DNA from: Myxococcales bacterium
GTDB taxonomy: Bacteria > Myxococcota_A > Polyangia > Polyangiales > JAFGIB01
DNA length: 44,509 bases
Reading direction: 5' to 3'
NCBI GenBank assembly: GCA_028817855.1
Contig: JAPPOT010000104.1
Coordinates: 1-44,509 of the forward strand
In this document: piece by piece, positions 1 to 9,373 of the stretch
Position numbering within the stretch: the first letter of the stretch is position 1
Layout of the letters: every line of letters begins with the position of its first letter
Notes under the pieces: generated by a model
What the model was told of the DNA's origin: nothing
The model's database searches: none
Seen by the model: only the letters and a program-made list of their open reading frames with translations
Made by a program: the position numbers and the translations under genes

Positions 1-843
1 GCGCCGGCCGCGCACCACCCAGCCAGTGATGTCGCCGCCGAGCTCGGCCGAGCCCTGCAGGCTCGGGCTCGCCCCGCCGCTCCAGACCTGCACGTCGCCG
101 CCCGTCAGGGCGACGTAGATCGCGCCGCCACCGGCCGCGATGCGCACCGGGCTGCCGTCGATGGCCACCGCGGCCTCGGCGATCAGGGAGATGGTGTCGT
201 TCGCGCCGAAGCGGATCTCGACCGGAAGCAGCTGGCTCTGGCCGAGCAGGAAGAGCCGCAGGCCGATGCGCACGATGCCGCGGATCGAGTCGGCGTCGGC
301 GCCCGGATCGGGGATGAGCGCCTGGGCTGCCATCACGGGCGCGGTGACGTCGGCCACGCGGTAGGCGCGCAGGTCGCCGCTGACGGTAATGATGAAGAGG
401 ATCGCGCGCTGGGAGTCGTAGGCCACGCCGATGGCGCGACCGGTCGTGTCCAGCTTCGAGTGAACCCCGGGTTCGGCGGGATCCGAGAGATCGAGGATCG
501 ACACCCCGCTCTCGGTGTGGAGGCCGAGCGCCAGGTCGGAGACGTGCACGACCTCGCCCAGGTCCGCGTCCAGCTCCAGGCTGCCGGCCTCGACGGCCTC
601 GGGCGCGTCGAGCAGCGGGTCGATCGACATGTCGTCGCCATCGCCGTCGCCATCGCCGCTGGTGTCGCCGTCACCGTCGCCGGTGGCGTCACCGTCGCCA
701 TCGCCGTCACCGACGGAGCCATCCGCTCCGCCGTCCCCCATGTCCATGTCGTCGGTGCTGGAGTCGTCACCGCAGCCTGGGACGATCGCAGTCAGGAAAC
801 TCGCGAAAACCGCGAGAGATAGAGCTCTAAAGAAAGCGCGCAT
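1..843 (-). CDS. Lipoprotein with GD-repeat linker and probable LVIVD-like beta-propeller; 3' end runs off the window
   Basis: Translated by hand (absent from the ORF track): ATG at 843 with GGAGG upstream; MRAFFRALSLAVFASFLTAIVPG-C lipobox; GDGDGD tract; 'GVSILDLSDPAEP' and 'LRAYRVADVTAP' resemble LVIVD repeats; no stop before position 1. Confidence 0.75.
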   Translation of the reverse strand, partial: MRAFFRALSLAVFASFLTAIVPGCGDDSSTDDMDMGDGGADGSVGDGDGDGDATGDGDGDTSGDGDGDGDDMSIDPLLDAPEAVEAGSLELDADLGEVVHVSDLALGLHTESGVSILDLSDPAEPGVHSKLDTTGRAIGVAYDSQRAILFIITVSGDLRAYRVADVTAPVMAAQALIPDPGADADSIRGIVRIGLRLFLLGQSQLLPVEIRFGANDTISLIAEAAVAIDGSPVRIAAGGGAIYVALTGGDVQVWSGGASPSLQGSAELGGDITGWVVRGRR

Positions 844-972
844 GGAAAGCCCCTCCGAATTGGCTAGACAGGATCTAGGCCGTTGGCGGGGGCGCTGTCG
901 TGAGAACCTGTACTCAACCCGGCGGATAAACTCGTGATTCGTCCGCGGGAAGTGGCTACACGGTGCGCGAGA

Positions 973-1146
973 TCACATCTGCGGGCTCACGTCGATGCGC
1001 GCGACCTGGTCTTCCCCGGTGAAGGTGAAGGCCATGGTCAGCCCCTTGATCGCGATCGGGATGGGTAGCTCGGGCGGCAGTGTGGCGGTGACGCTCACCT
1101 TGTCTCCATCCTGTGTGGGCTCACCCCAGCTGACCTTGTCCATCAT
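973..1146 (-). CDS. Small 57-aa protein (MMDKVSWGEPTQDGDKVSVTATLPP...FTFTGEDQVARIDVSPQM), possibly the C-terminal half of a SnoaL/NTF2-like fold
   Basis: Translated by hand; starts 8 nt after the LLM stop; GC3-biased codons; alternating beta-strand pattern. Confidence 0.45.
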   Translation of the reverse strand: MMDKVSWGEPTQDGDKVSVTATLPPELPIPIAIKGLTMAFTFTGEDQVARIDVSPQM

Positions 1147-1154
1147 GGCCGCGG

Positions 1155-2147
1155 CTAGCCGATGAGCTTTTCGTAGATGGCCGCGCGCTTTTCTTCGTCG
1201 CGCTCGGCCACGTTCACCGAGTGCGTCGTGAAGCCGGCGGCGTCGGCCGCCTCCAGCGCGGCGACGCAGGTGTCCACATCGCCGGCCGTGCCCATCTCGT
1301 CCACGAGGGCCTCGGGTACCGCCGCGGCACCCGCCGCAGAGCCGCCCTCATCCCAGGCCGCGCGCACCGCGTCGGCCTCCTTCTCGTAGCCCATGCGCAC
1401 GAAGTGCTCGTAGTAGAAGTCCCCCATGCGCGCGATGTAGAAGGCCGCCGTACCGCGGCGCATGCCGGCGGCGCGCGCGGGCTTGTCGGTCACGGTGACT
1501 CCGCTCGGGCAGCGGATCTCGAAGCCCGTCGGATCGCGCCCGGCCTCGCGGATGGCCGCGTGCATCGCGCCCACCTGGTCCCGCCACTGGCTGTGCGGAA
1601 AGAAGATCGGCATCCAGCCGTCGGCGATGGCGGCGGTCTGCTTGACCGACTTGGGCGTGATCGAGGCGATCCAGATCGGGATGTGGTCGCGTACCGGGTC
1701 GAAGCGCAGCGTGAAGCCGCGCTCGAGCTTGAAGATCTTGCCGTCGTAGAGCAGCTTCTCGCCGCGCATCAGCGTGTTGATGATCTCGACGTACTCGCGG
1801 ATGCGCGTGAAGGGCTTGTCGAACCTGACCCCGTGGAAATGCTCGATCACCCGGTGGCCCGACGTGCCGAGCCCGATGATCATGCGACCCCCGGAGAGGG
1901 TGTCGAGCGTGCCGAAGTGCTGGGCGAGGGCCGCCGGGCTGCGCGAATAGATGTTGACGATCGAGGTGCCCAGCTTGATGCGCTTGGTCTCGTGGGCCAG
2001 CACGCTGAGCAGCGTGAAGGCGTCGTAGCCCCAGGTCTCCGCCACGAAGAGGGAGTCCACCCCCGCCTCGTCAGCCACCTTGGCCTGACGGATGACGCTC
2101 TCGATGTTGTCACCCCGAAACCCGACTCCAATAGAGATCTTCCGCAT
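1155..2147 (-). CDS. Luciferase-like monooxygenase (LLM) class flavin/F420-dependent oxidoreductase
   Basis: Start reassigned to MRKISIGVGF (GGAGG upstream); motifs VAETWGYDAF, IKLGTSIVNIYSRSP, LSGGRMIIGLGTSG, IPIWIAS, ADGWMP. Confidence 0.9.
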   Translation of the reverse strand: MRKISIGVGFRGDNIESVIRQAKVADEAGVDSLFVAETWGYDAFTLLSVLAHETKRIKLGTSIVNIYSRSPAALAQHFGTLDTLSGGRMIIGLGTSGHRVIEHFHGVRFDKPFTRIREYVEIINTLMRGEKLLYDGKIFKLERGFTLRFDPVRDHIPIWIASITPKSVKQTAAIADGWMPIFFPHSQWRDQVGAMHAAIREAGRDPTGFEIRCPSGVTVTDKPARAAGMRRGTAAFYIARMGDFYYEHFVRMGYEKEADAVRAAWDEGGSAAGAAAVPEALVDEMGTAGDVDTCVAALEAADAAGFTTHSVNVAERDEEKRAAIYEKLIG

Positions 2148-2471
2148 CGCCGCCTCCAGGGGCCGTATCCTAGACGGGCCGCGCCCGTGGTTCGAGTGGG
2201 GTCGACGCGAGGCAGGCATTGCCAATCGTGTGGCGTCGCCGGCGGCGGACGGCGCGACGGACCCGGGTGGCAGGGCACGCAACAGGGCAGCGGTAGAGGA
2301 CCGCGATGACAGACGAGCGGGCTGAACGCCCAGTTCACCAGCGCGTGCACAAGCTCGAGGGCAAGCCGACCGGGGGCTCGCTGTAAGCCTGTGTGCGGTC
2401 GCTCTGTTGCACGATCGCGACGCCTCGCCCAGGCAAGCCCCTGAGCTGCGCCAGCTGGTACGCTGGGCTCC

Positions 2472-4007
2472 GTGGGCCGCAAGATCCTCTTCATCACCAC
2501 CGACCAGATGCGCTACGACGCGCTGGGCTGCAACGGTGGCCACGTGGCCCGCACGCCAAACGTGGACGCTCTCGCCACGGCCGGGATTCGCTACGAGCGC
2601 GCCCACGGCCAGAGCGTGGTCTGCATGCCGGCGCGCTCCTCGATGATCACGGGGCAGCACGTGAGCACCCACGGCGTGTGGATGAACGGTGTGCCGCTGC
2701 CCGCCGATGCGCCGAGCGTGGCGCGCCACCTTCAAGAACACGCCGGCTATCGCACCGCCCTGATCGGCAAGGCCCACTTCGAGCCCCACCTCGATCCGAA
2801 CCGCGAGTTCTACGAAAACCAGATGGTGCGGCGTGGCGAGCACGGCCCCCATCGCGGCTTCGACTACATGGAGCTGGCGACGCACTCGGCCCACGGGCTG
2901 CATTACGGGCAGTGGCTGCGGGCCGAGCATCCCGGCTCCCATGCCGGGTTCTACGAGAACCTGCAGTCGGACCTGCGCATGAACGACGCGGTGGGCGGCG
3001 ACACCGGCGCCATCCAGGTCTGCCACAACCCGATCGCGCGCGAGCACTACCACACCGACTGGGTCGCGGACCGCACCATCGCCTACCTGGACTCGCTCGA
3101 GCCGGACGACGACTTCTTCGTTTGGATGAGCTTTCCGGATCCGCACCACCCATGGGATCCACCCGCCTCCGAGCGCGGTCGGGTGCAGTGGCGCGAGCTG
3201 GACGCACCGGCCGGGTACCCGGGCAGCCGTGAAGCTTGCGAGCGCATCTTGGCGAACAAGCCGCGCCAGTACCTGGACTACTTCACCGGCCGCAACGTCA
3301 GCAACATGGAAGCCCCGGCGCGCTTTGCGCCCGCGAGCCTGGGTGTCGACCAGCTACGCGAGATCGAAGCGCTGGTGCACATCGAAAACGAGCTGATCGA
3401 CGATGCCTGCGGCCGCGTGCTCGGCCACATCGCGGAGCGTGGGTGGGCCGAGGACACCGACGTGCTCTTCACCACCGACCACGGTGAGCTCCAGGGCGAC
3501 CTGGGCCTGCTCTTCAAGGGGCCGTACCACGTCGACGCCCTCATGCGGCTGCCCCTGGTCTGGCGCCCTGCGCCGCGCGTGGCGCAGGCGCCGGCCGTCG
3601 TCCGCGCGCCGGTGGGTCAGATCGACCTGGCGCCGACCTTCTGCGAGATCGCAGACGTGCCGGCGCCTGACTGGATGGAGGGCCGCGCACTGCCGCGGGA
3701 CAGCGCCGAGGCGCAGACCCAGGGGCGACGTCGCACCTTCACCCAATGGGACAGCGACTTCGGCGGCGACCGGATGCACCTGCGCACGATCTACCGCGAC
3801 GGCTGGGTCTGCACCCGCTACCTGCCCGGCACGGTGCACGACGGCAGCGAGGGCGAGCTCTACGCGCTCGGCGACGACCCGCTGCAGCACCGCAACCTCT
3901 GGGACGAGCCGGCGCACCGCGCCACGCGCGACGCGCTGGTCGAGGAGCTGCAGCAGCACGGCCCGCCGGAGCCGACCACACGCCGACCGCCGGTCGCGAA
4001 CGTGTAG
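2472..4007 (+). CDS. Formylglycine-dependent sulfatase-like hydrolase (cytoplasmic)
   Basis: ILFITTDQ, CMPARSSMITG (CxPxR), GKAH, PHHP, FTTDHGE..LLFKGP, ELY..DP..NLW. Confidence 0.92.
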   Translation: MGRKILFITTDQMRYDALGCNGGHVARTPNVDALATAGIRYERAHGQSVVCMPARSSMITGQHVSTHGVWMNGVPLPADAPSVARHLQEHAGYRTALIGKAHFEPHLDPNREFYENQMVRRGEHGPHRGFDYMELATHSAHGLHYGQWLRAEHPGSHAGFYENLQSDLRMNDAVGGDTGAIQVCHNPIAREHYHTDWVADRTIAYLDSLEPDDDFFVWMSFPDPHHPWDPPASERGRVQWRELDAPAGYPGSREACERILANKPRQYLDYFTGRNVSNMEAPARFAPASLGVDQLREIEALVHIENELIDDACGRVLGHIAERGWAEDTDVLFTTDHGELQGDLGLLFKGPYHVDALMRLPLVWRPAPRVAQAPAVVRAPVGQIDLAPTFCEIADVPAPDWMEGRALPRDSAEAQTQGRRRTFTQWDSDFGGDRMHLRTIYRDGWVCTRYLPGTVHDGSEGELYALGDDPLQHRNLWDEPAHRATRDALVEELQQHGPPEPTTRRPPVANV

Positions 4008-4019
4008 CGGATCGGGGCG

Positions 4020-4685
4020 CTACATGCCGGCGTCGGGCGCGTCCATCGTGCCACCGTCGGGCGCACCCATCGTGCCACCGTCGGGTGCCGCGCCGAGCCC
4101 GCTTCCGTCGCAGGGCGGCGGCGACGCGGGCAGCGTGATGAATTGGCTCTCGGTGATGCACTGACTGGTGATCGACGAGATCACCCCGCACACGCCCGTC
4201 TCCATGCAACAGCCGGGCAAGAGGGTACCCATGCCGGCGTCGAACTCCGGGCACAGGGGATCGGGCTCGGCCGGCGGCGGCGGCACCTCGCACACGCTAT
4301 CGGGCATGGCCAAGTCGGCGCTGCGCGATCCGCAGGCCTCGGCCCCGGTCTCGTCCAGCGCGCAGCACGGCACGACGCACAGGGCTGCCGTCAGCTGGTT
4401 CTGGGGCTCGCACGTCACACCGCCGCAGGTCGCGGTCACCGGAACGTTCGGATCGCAGTCCGGCAACAGCATGTCGACGATGTCCATGATCTGCTGCGGG
4501 TCGATCATGCCCATCTGACCGGCGGTGCCCGTCATGCCAGTCGCCGCCGGGTCTGCGGCGGGATTGGCGCCCGGTGCAGGCATCGCCATCTGGGCGCCCT
4601 CCATCGACCCGTCTCCACCGTCGTCGCTGCTGCAGGCCACCGCCAGCACCATGGCGGGCCCAACCATCATCACTCGTAACTGCAT
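4020..4685 (-). CDS. Cys-rich lipoprotein
   Basis: VLAVA-C lipobox, GAGGAGG upstream, two PCC/GCC...CG modules, C-terminal APDGGTM repeats. Confidence 0.75.
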   Translation of the reverse strand: MQLRVMMVGPAMVLAVACSSDDGGDGSMEGAQMAMPAPGANPAADPAATGMTGTAGQMGMIDPQQIMDIVDMLLPDCDPNVPVTATCGGVTCEPQNQLTAALCVVPCCALDETGAEACGSRSADLAMPDSVCEVPPPPAEPDPLCPEFDAGMGTLLPGCCMETGVCGVISSITSQCITESQFITLPASPPPCDGSGLGAAPDGGTMGAPDGGTMDAPDAGM

Positions 4686-5008
4686 GTCGTCCTCCTCACC
4701 ACTTCCACCGCGATCCCGCGTAGTTGAAGGGCCATGCAGCTGGCAATCGCCGTTCGAGACAACTTCGCGGCACCGCGTCCCCCTCGGCTAAATGCGTCGC
4801 CAGCGCCCGCGCGGCGGCGCCTTTTTGAACCATTTCGGACGTCCCCAAATAGCGCCATGCGGCGAATTCATGCCACAATTCTGTATCCCTGGCCGATCCC
4901 CTGATACCGACACCCTTGACTGTCGCGGTCGCTCCACCTAGGAGTACCCGGCCCCCTTGCATATAAGGCCGGGCGGGGACCCCGGAGGGGACCCGACCCG
5001 ATACGAGG

Positions 5009-6124
5009 ATGGAGAGCATGTCCGAGCAGCAAGAACCCCTTTTCGACCTGACGCTGACCGAGGATCAACAGCTGATGCGCGAGACCGTCAGCCGCTTCGC
5101 CACCAGCGAGATGCGTGAGAAATCCCGCGCCGCGGACGAAGCCGGCGAGGCCCCGGAGGGCTTCTACGAGCGCGCGCTGGAGCTCGGCTTCAACATGGTT
5201 CAGATCCCCGAGGATCTGGGCGGCATGGGCGCCGAGCGCTCCCCCATCAGCAACATGCTGCTGGCCGAGGACCTCGCCGTCGGTGACATGTCCCTCGCAA
5301 TTGGCGCCCTCTCGGCGCTGAGCTTCGTCAACACGGTGCTCGACCAGGGCAGCGAGGCGCAGAAGAAGAAGTGGTTGCCCCGCTTCGCCGAGGAGGACGT
5401 CCACCAGGCCACCATCGCGATGATGGAGCCCCAGGCCCGCTTCGACTCCACCGATCTAAAGACCACCGCCAAGAAGGACGGCGACGGCTACGTGATCGAC
5501 GGCGTCAAGGCGATGGTGCCCGTGGCGGCCTCGAGCGAGGTGATGCTGGTCGTGGCCACGCTGGACGGCGAGCCCGCGGCCTTCTTCGTCGAGGCGGGCG
5601 CAAGCGGCCTCGCGATCGAGAAGCAGGACCACATGGGCCTGCGCCCGCTGGAGCTGTGCACGGTGAAGCTCGAGGGCGTGAAGGTCGGCGCGGACGCCAA
5701 GCTCGGCGAGAAGCTCGACCTGGTGCGCATGCTCGACCTGGGCAAGATCGGCATCTCGGCCCTGGCGGTCGGCACCTGCCAGGCGGTGCTCGACTACGTC
5801 AAGGAGTACTGCAACGAGCGCGTCGCCTTCGGCGAGCCGATCACCTACCGCCAGTCGGTGGCCTTCATGATCGCCGACATCGCCATCGAGCTCGAGGGCA
5901 TGCGCCTGCTCACCTACCGCGCGGCCGCCCGCGCCGAGCAGGGCCTCGACTTCCACGAGCACGCCTACCGCGCCCACCTGCAGGCCGCGGAGAAGGGCAT
6001 GAAGATCGGCACCGACGGCGTCCAGCTGCTCGGTGGCCACGGCTTCATCCGCGAGCACATGGTCGAGCTCTGGTACCGCAACCTCCGCGCGATCGGCATC
6101 CTCTCCGGTTGCGTCACCGTCTAA
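5009..6124 (+). CDS. Acyl-CoA dehydrogenase, FadE24-like non-catalytic subunit (start could be 5018)
   Basis: LTEDQQLMRETVSRFA, GYVIDGVK, ERVAFGEPI..QSVAF.IAD, VQLLGGHGFIREH; C-terminus lacks the EGT catalytic motif. Confidence 0.9.
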   Translation: MESMSEQQEPLFDLTLTEDQQLMRETVSRFATSEMREKSRAADEAGEAPEGFYERALELGFNMVQIPEDLGGMGAERSPISNMLLAEDLAVGDMSLAIGALSALSFVNTVLDQGSEAQKKKWLPRFAEEDVHQATIAMMEPQARFDSTDLKTTAKKDGDGYVIDGVKAMVPVAASSEVMLVVATLDGEPAAFFVEAGASGLAIEKQDHMGLRPLELCTVKLEGVKVGADAKLGEKLDLVRMLDLGKIGISALAVGTCQAVLDYVKEYCNERVAFGEPITYRQSVAFMIADIAIELEGMRLLTYRAAARAEQGLDFHEHAYRAHLQAAEKGMKIGTDGVQLLGGHGFIREHMVELWYRNLRAIGILSGCVTV

Positions 6125-6161
6125 CCCTGCCCGTCGTCATCGAGATTCAAGAGGTAAAGCC

Positions 6162-7376
6162 ATGATCAATCTGGAACTCCCCCCCAAGCTCGAAGCGGCC
6201 CGGCAGGGCTCCCGCGGACTGGCCGAGCAGCTCTTTCGGCCGATCTCCCGCAAGTACGACAAGCAGGAGCACGACTACCCCGAGGAGCTGCGCGTCCTGG
6301 GCGGTCCGCGCAAGGCCAAGACGGCCGAGCAGATCAAGGAAGAGCAGGCCCTGCGCGAGCTGGCCAAGGCTCAAGAAGCCAAGGACGAGGGCAAGGTCAA
6401 GAACGGCAACAACGTCCAGGGCATCGTCTCGGTCACCGAGATGTGCCGCGGCGACGTGGGCCTGATGCTCTCCGTACCCGGCGTCGGCCTGGGCAACGCC
6501 GCCATCAGCGCGGTCGCGACGCCCGAGCAGAAGGCGCGCTTTGGACATTGCTACGCCTCGATGGCGATCACCGAGCCGAGCACCGGCTCCGACTCGGCCA
6601 ACATCAGCACCACCGCGGTGCTGGACGGCGACGAGTGGGTCATCAACGGCGAGAAGATCTTCATCACCGCCGGCGAGCGCTGCGACCACGTGGTGGTCTG
6701 GGCCACGCTCGACAAGAGCATGGGCAAGGCCGCCATCAAGTCCTTCGTGGTGCCGAGAGACGCGCCCGGCTGCGAGCTGGTGGGCCTCGAGGACAAGCTC
6801 GGCCTGCGCGCCTCCGACACGGCGACCATTCGCTTCGACAACTGCCGCGTGCCCAAGGACAACATCCTGGGCAGCCCCGAGGTCGACGCCAAGAAGGGCT
6901 TCGGCGGGGTCATGCAGACCTTCGACAACACGCGCCCGACCGTGGCCGCGATGGCCCTAGGTGTGGCCCGCGCGTCGCTGGATCTCACCACCGAGATCCT
7001 CAAGAAGGAGGGCGTCAAGGCCGACTACGCCAAGGACATGTGGCACTCGAGCGCGATCGAGGCTGAGCTCTACCGCATGGAGGCCGAGTGGGACGCCGCG
7101 CGGCTGCTCACCATGAAGGCCGCCTTCATGTCGGACAACAAGGAGCCGAACTCGATGGAAGCGAGCATGTGCAAGGCCAAGGCCGGGCGCATGGGCAACT
7201 ACGTGACGCTGCGCTGCGTCGAGCTGTGCCAGGCGATGGGCTACAGCGAGACCGAGCTGCTCGAGAAGTGGGCGCGCGACTCGAAGATCCTCGACATCTT
7301 CGAGGGCACGCAGCAGATCCAGCTGCTGATCGTTGCGCGCCGTCTGCTCGGCCTGTCGTCGGCGCAGCTGAAGTAA
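6162..7376 (+). CDS. Acyl-CoA dehydrogenase, FadE23-like catalytic subunit
   Basis: Start MINLELP with GAGG upstream; AITEPSTGSD, WVINGEKIFIT, KLGLRASDT, RDSKILDIFEGTQQIQ. Confidence 0.92.
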   Translation: MINLELPPKLEAARQGSRGLAEQLFRPISRKYDKQEHDYPEELRVLGGPRKAKTAEQIKEEQALRELAKAQEAKDEGKVKNGNNVQGIVSVTEMCRGDVGLMLSVPGVGLGNAAISAVATPEQKARFGHCYASMAITEPSTGSDSANISTTAVLDGDEWVINGEKIFITAGERCDHVVVWATLDKSMGKAAIKSFVVPRDAPGCELVGLEDKLGLRASDTATIRFDNCRVPKDNILGSPEVDAKKGFGGVMQTFDNTRPTVAAMALGVARASLDLTTEILKKEGVKADYAKDMWHSSAIEAELYRMEAEWDAARLLTMKAAFMSDNKEPNSMEASMCKAKAGRMGNYVTLRCVELCQAMGYSETELLEKWARDSKILDIFEGTQQIQLLIVARRLLGLSSAQLK

Positions 7377-7435
7377 GGGCAACGTGGCTGGAGTCGCTAC
7401 AGCGTCACTCCAGTAGCGGGTCCGCCTACAAGGAC

Positions 7436-7476
7436 ACAGAAGGCCGTTCCCCGAATGACGGGGGACGGCCTTTTGT
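7436..7476 (+). terminator. Rho-independent terminator after the ACAD pair
   Basis: AAGGCCGTTCCCCG-aatga-CGGGGGACGGCCTT hairpin ending in TTTTGT. Confidence 0.75.
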
Positions 7477-7564
7477 CGTTCACGACGCGCCAGTCTCCAA
7501 TGGTCATGAAGTTTTAATCAAGGGGGTGAGCCTCCGCAGGTGCGCCGCGGTACCATTGAGAGTG

Positions 7565-9373
7565 ATGCAAGACCTGTTGGGACGCAGGCTCCTTCATCGA
7601 CTCGGGCTCGGCGCGTGCTCGTTGCTGCTGCTTGCGGCATGCGGCGGTGCGATCGGCGGCGACCCGAGCGCGGTGGGCGGCCCGGGCAATGACCAAACGG
7701 GCCTCGATCGCGGCGATGGCAGCGAGCCGGGCCTAGGCAACCCGGGCGACGGCCCGCAGGACGGCAGCGGTCCGGGTGGTGTGCCGCCGGCCGAGGACAT
7801 CGCGGAGTGCGCGGACCGCGTGCTGCCGGACCAGCCCCTGCGGCGCCTGTCCTCGAGCCAGTACCACAACACCCTGCGCGACCTCTTCGGCGCCGAGCTG
7901 GCCCTGGACATGATCATGGGCTCCCTCTTCCCCGTCACGCAGATCGACAGCGGCTTCGAGGGCGACGCCGAGGCCAACGTGGTCAACACGGCCGAGAGCA
8001 ACGCCATCGAGGACAACGCCGCCCGCATCGCGGCCTCGATCGTGACCGGGCCGGACCCGTTCATGCAGAGCCTGTGCGGCCTGGGCGCCGGCTACGGCGA
8101 GGGCGACATCGACGGCTGCGTGGATGGCTTCATCGACGACTTCGGCGCGCGCGCCTACCGCCGGCCCCTGACCGAGGGGGAGCGCGGCATCGCGCGCAGC
8201 CTCTATGACGCCCTGCGCGCCGAGCAGCCGGCCGTGGAAGCATTCGCCGGGCTGGTGCAGCTCTTCGTCCAGGCCCCCGCCCTGCTCTACCGCGTGGAGC
8301 GCGGCGCCGACGAGGTCTCGCCGGGCCTGCTGCGCTTGACCGACCACGAGATGGCCTCACGCCTGAGCTACTTCTTCCTCGACAGCATGCCCGACGAGGA
8401 GCTCTTCACCGAAGCCGAGGCCGGCCGCCTGTCGACCCCCGCCGAGATCGCCACCCAGGCCGAGCGCCTGATGGCGTCACCCCGCTTCGAGGCGGTGCTG
8501 GCCAACTTCCACCGCGACTGGCTGCGCCTCTACGAGCTCGAGACCACCGCCAAGGACCCGGCGCTCTACCCCGAGTTCACCGAGGCCGTGCGGACCAGCC
8601 TGCAGGAAGAGGCCTCGCGCCTGGTCAACCACGTCATGCAGGACGGCGACGGCTCGATCGCGACGCTCCTGGGCACGCGCGAGATCCCGGTCAACGGCGC
8701 CCTGGCCACCTTCTACGGCACCGCCGGCGGCTCGGACCCCAACGCCTGGGGCCCGGCCGAGCTGGAGGACCGCCGCGGGCTGCTCACGCTCGCGTCGTTC
8801 ATGGCGACCCAGGCCGAGGCCGACAAGACCAGCCCGATCCACCGCGGGGCCTTCTTCCAGAGCGAGGTGCTCTGCAACCCGCTGCCGAACTTCCCCGGCA
8901 ACATCGACACCCAGACGCCGCTGCAGGACACCTCGATGCTCCCCACCGCCCGCGAGCGGCTCTCGCCCCTGCTGGCCGAGGGCTCCACGTGCGCCGGCTG
9001 CCACACCCTCTTCAACCCCACCGGCCTGGCCTTCGAGAACTACGACGCCGCCGGCCTGTGGCGCGACCAGGAGAACGGCGCCGCCATCGACGCCTCCGGC
9101 ACGGTCGAGCTCGACGGTGTGGAGCACGACTTCGAGACGCCGCTCGAGCTGATGGAGCGCGTCGCCGAGAGCGAGCAGGCCCGCGACTGCTACACGCTGC
9201 AGTGGTACCGGGCCGCTCTGGGGCGGCGCGAGTTCGCCGAGGACGCCTGCGGGCTGGAGCTGGTGCAGCAGGCCGCGTCGAGCAACGGCGGCGACATCCG
9301 CCAACTGCTGGTGGCCCTGACCCAGACCGATGGATTCCTCTATCGCACCGTCCCGACGGAGGTGGAGCCATGA
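7565..9373 (+). CDS. DUF1587/1595/1592/1588/1585-type lipoprotein with CxxCH motif
   Basis: LLLAA-C lipobox; LRRLSSSQYHNTLRDL, RAYRRPL, EMASRLSYFF.SMPD.EL, TSPIHRG, CAGCH, GLAFENYDAAG.WR. Confidence 0.88.
   Translation: MQDLLGRRLLHRLGLGACSLLLLAACGGAIGGDPSAVGGPGNDQTGLDRGDGSEPGLGNPGDGPQDGSGPGGVPPAEDIAECADRVLPDQPLRRLSSSQYHNTLRDLFGAELALDMIMGSLFPVTQIDSGFEGDAEANVVNTAESNAIEDNAARIAASIVTGPDPFMQSLCGLGAGYGEGDIDGCVDGFIDDFGARAYRRPLTEGERGIARSLYDALRAEQPAVEAFAGLVQLFVQAPALLYRVERGADEVSPGLLRLTDHEMASRLSYFFLDSMPDEELFTEAEAGRLSTPAEIATQAERLMASPRFEAVLANFHRDWLRLYELETTAKDPALYPEFTEAVRTSLQEEASRLVNHVMQDGDGSIATLLGTREIPVNGALATFYGTAGGSDPNAWGPAELEDRRGLLTLASFMATQAEADKTSPIHRGAFFQSEVLCNPLPNFPGNIDTQTPLQDTSMLPTARERLSPLLAEGSTCAGCHTLFNPTGLAFENYDAAGLWRDQENGAAIDASGTVELDGVEHDFETPLELMERVAESEQARDCYTLQWYRAALGRREFAEDACGLELVQQAASSNGGDIRQLLVALTQTDGFLYRTVPTEVEP

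Noticed and set aside
630-720. Tandem (TCGCCG/TCGCCA)n repeats, also near 18770 and 38575
   Set aside because: They encode Gly-Asp linkers; no repeat-spacer structure or cas genes, so not CRISPR
2180-2205. GGTTCGAGT resembling a tRNA T-loop
   Set aside because: No T-stem pairing or cloverleaf
2306-2386. 26-aa ORF MTDERAERPVHQRVHKLEGKPTGGSL with AGAGGA upstream
   Set aside because: Too short and featureless to support as a gene or RiPP precursor
4862-4875. Possible sigma54 promoter on the minus strand (TGGCATGAATTCGC)
   Set aside because: GG-GC spacing is 9 nt, not the required 10
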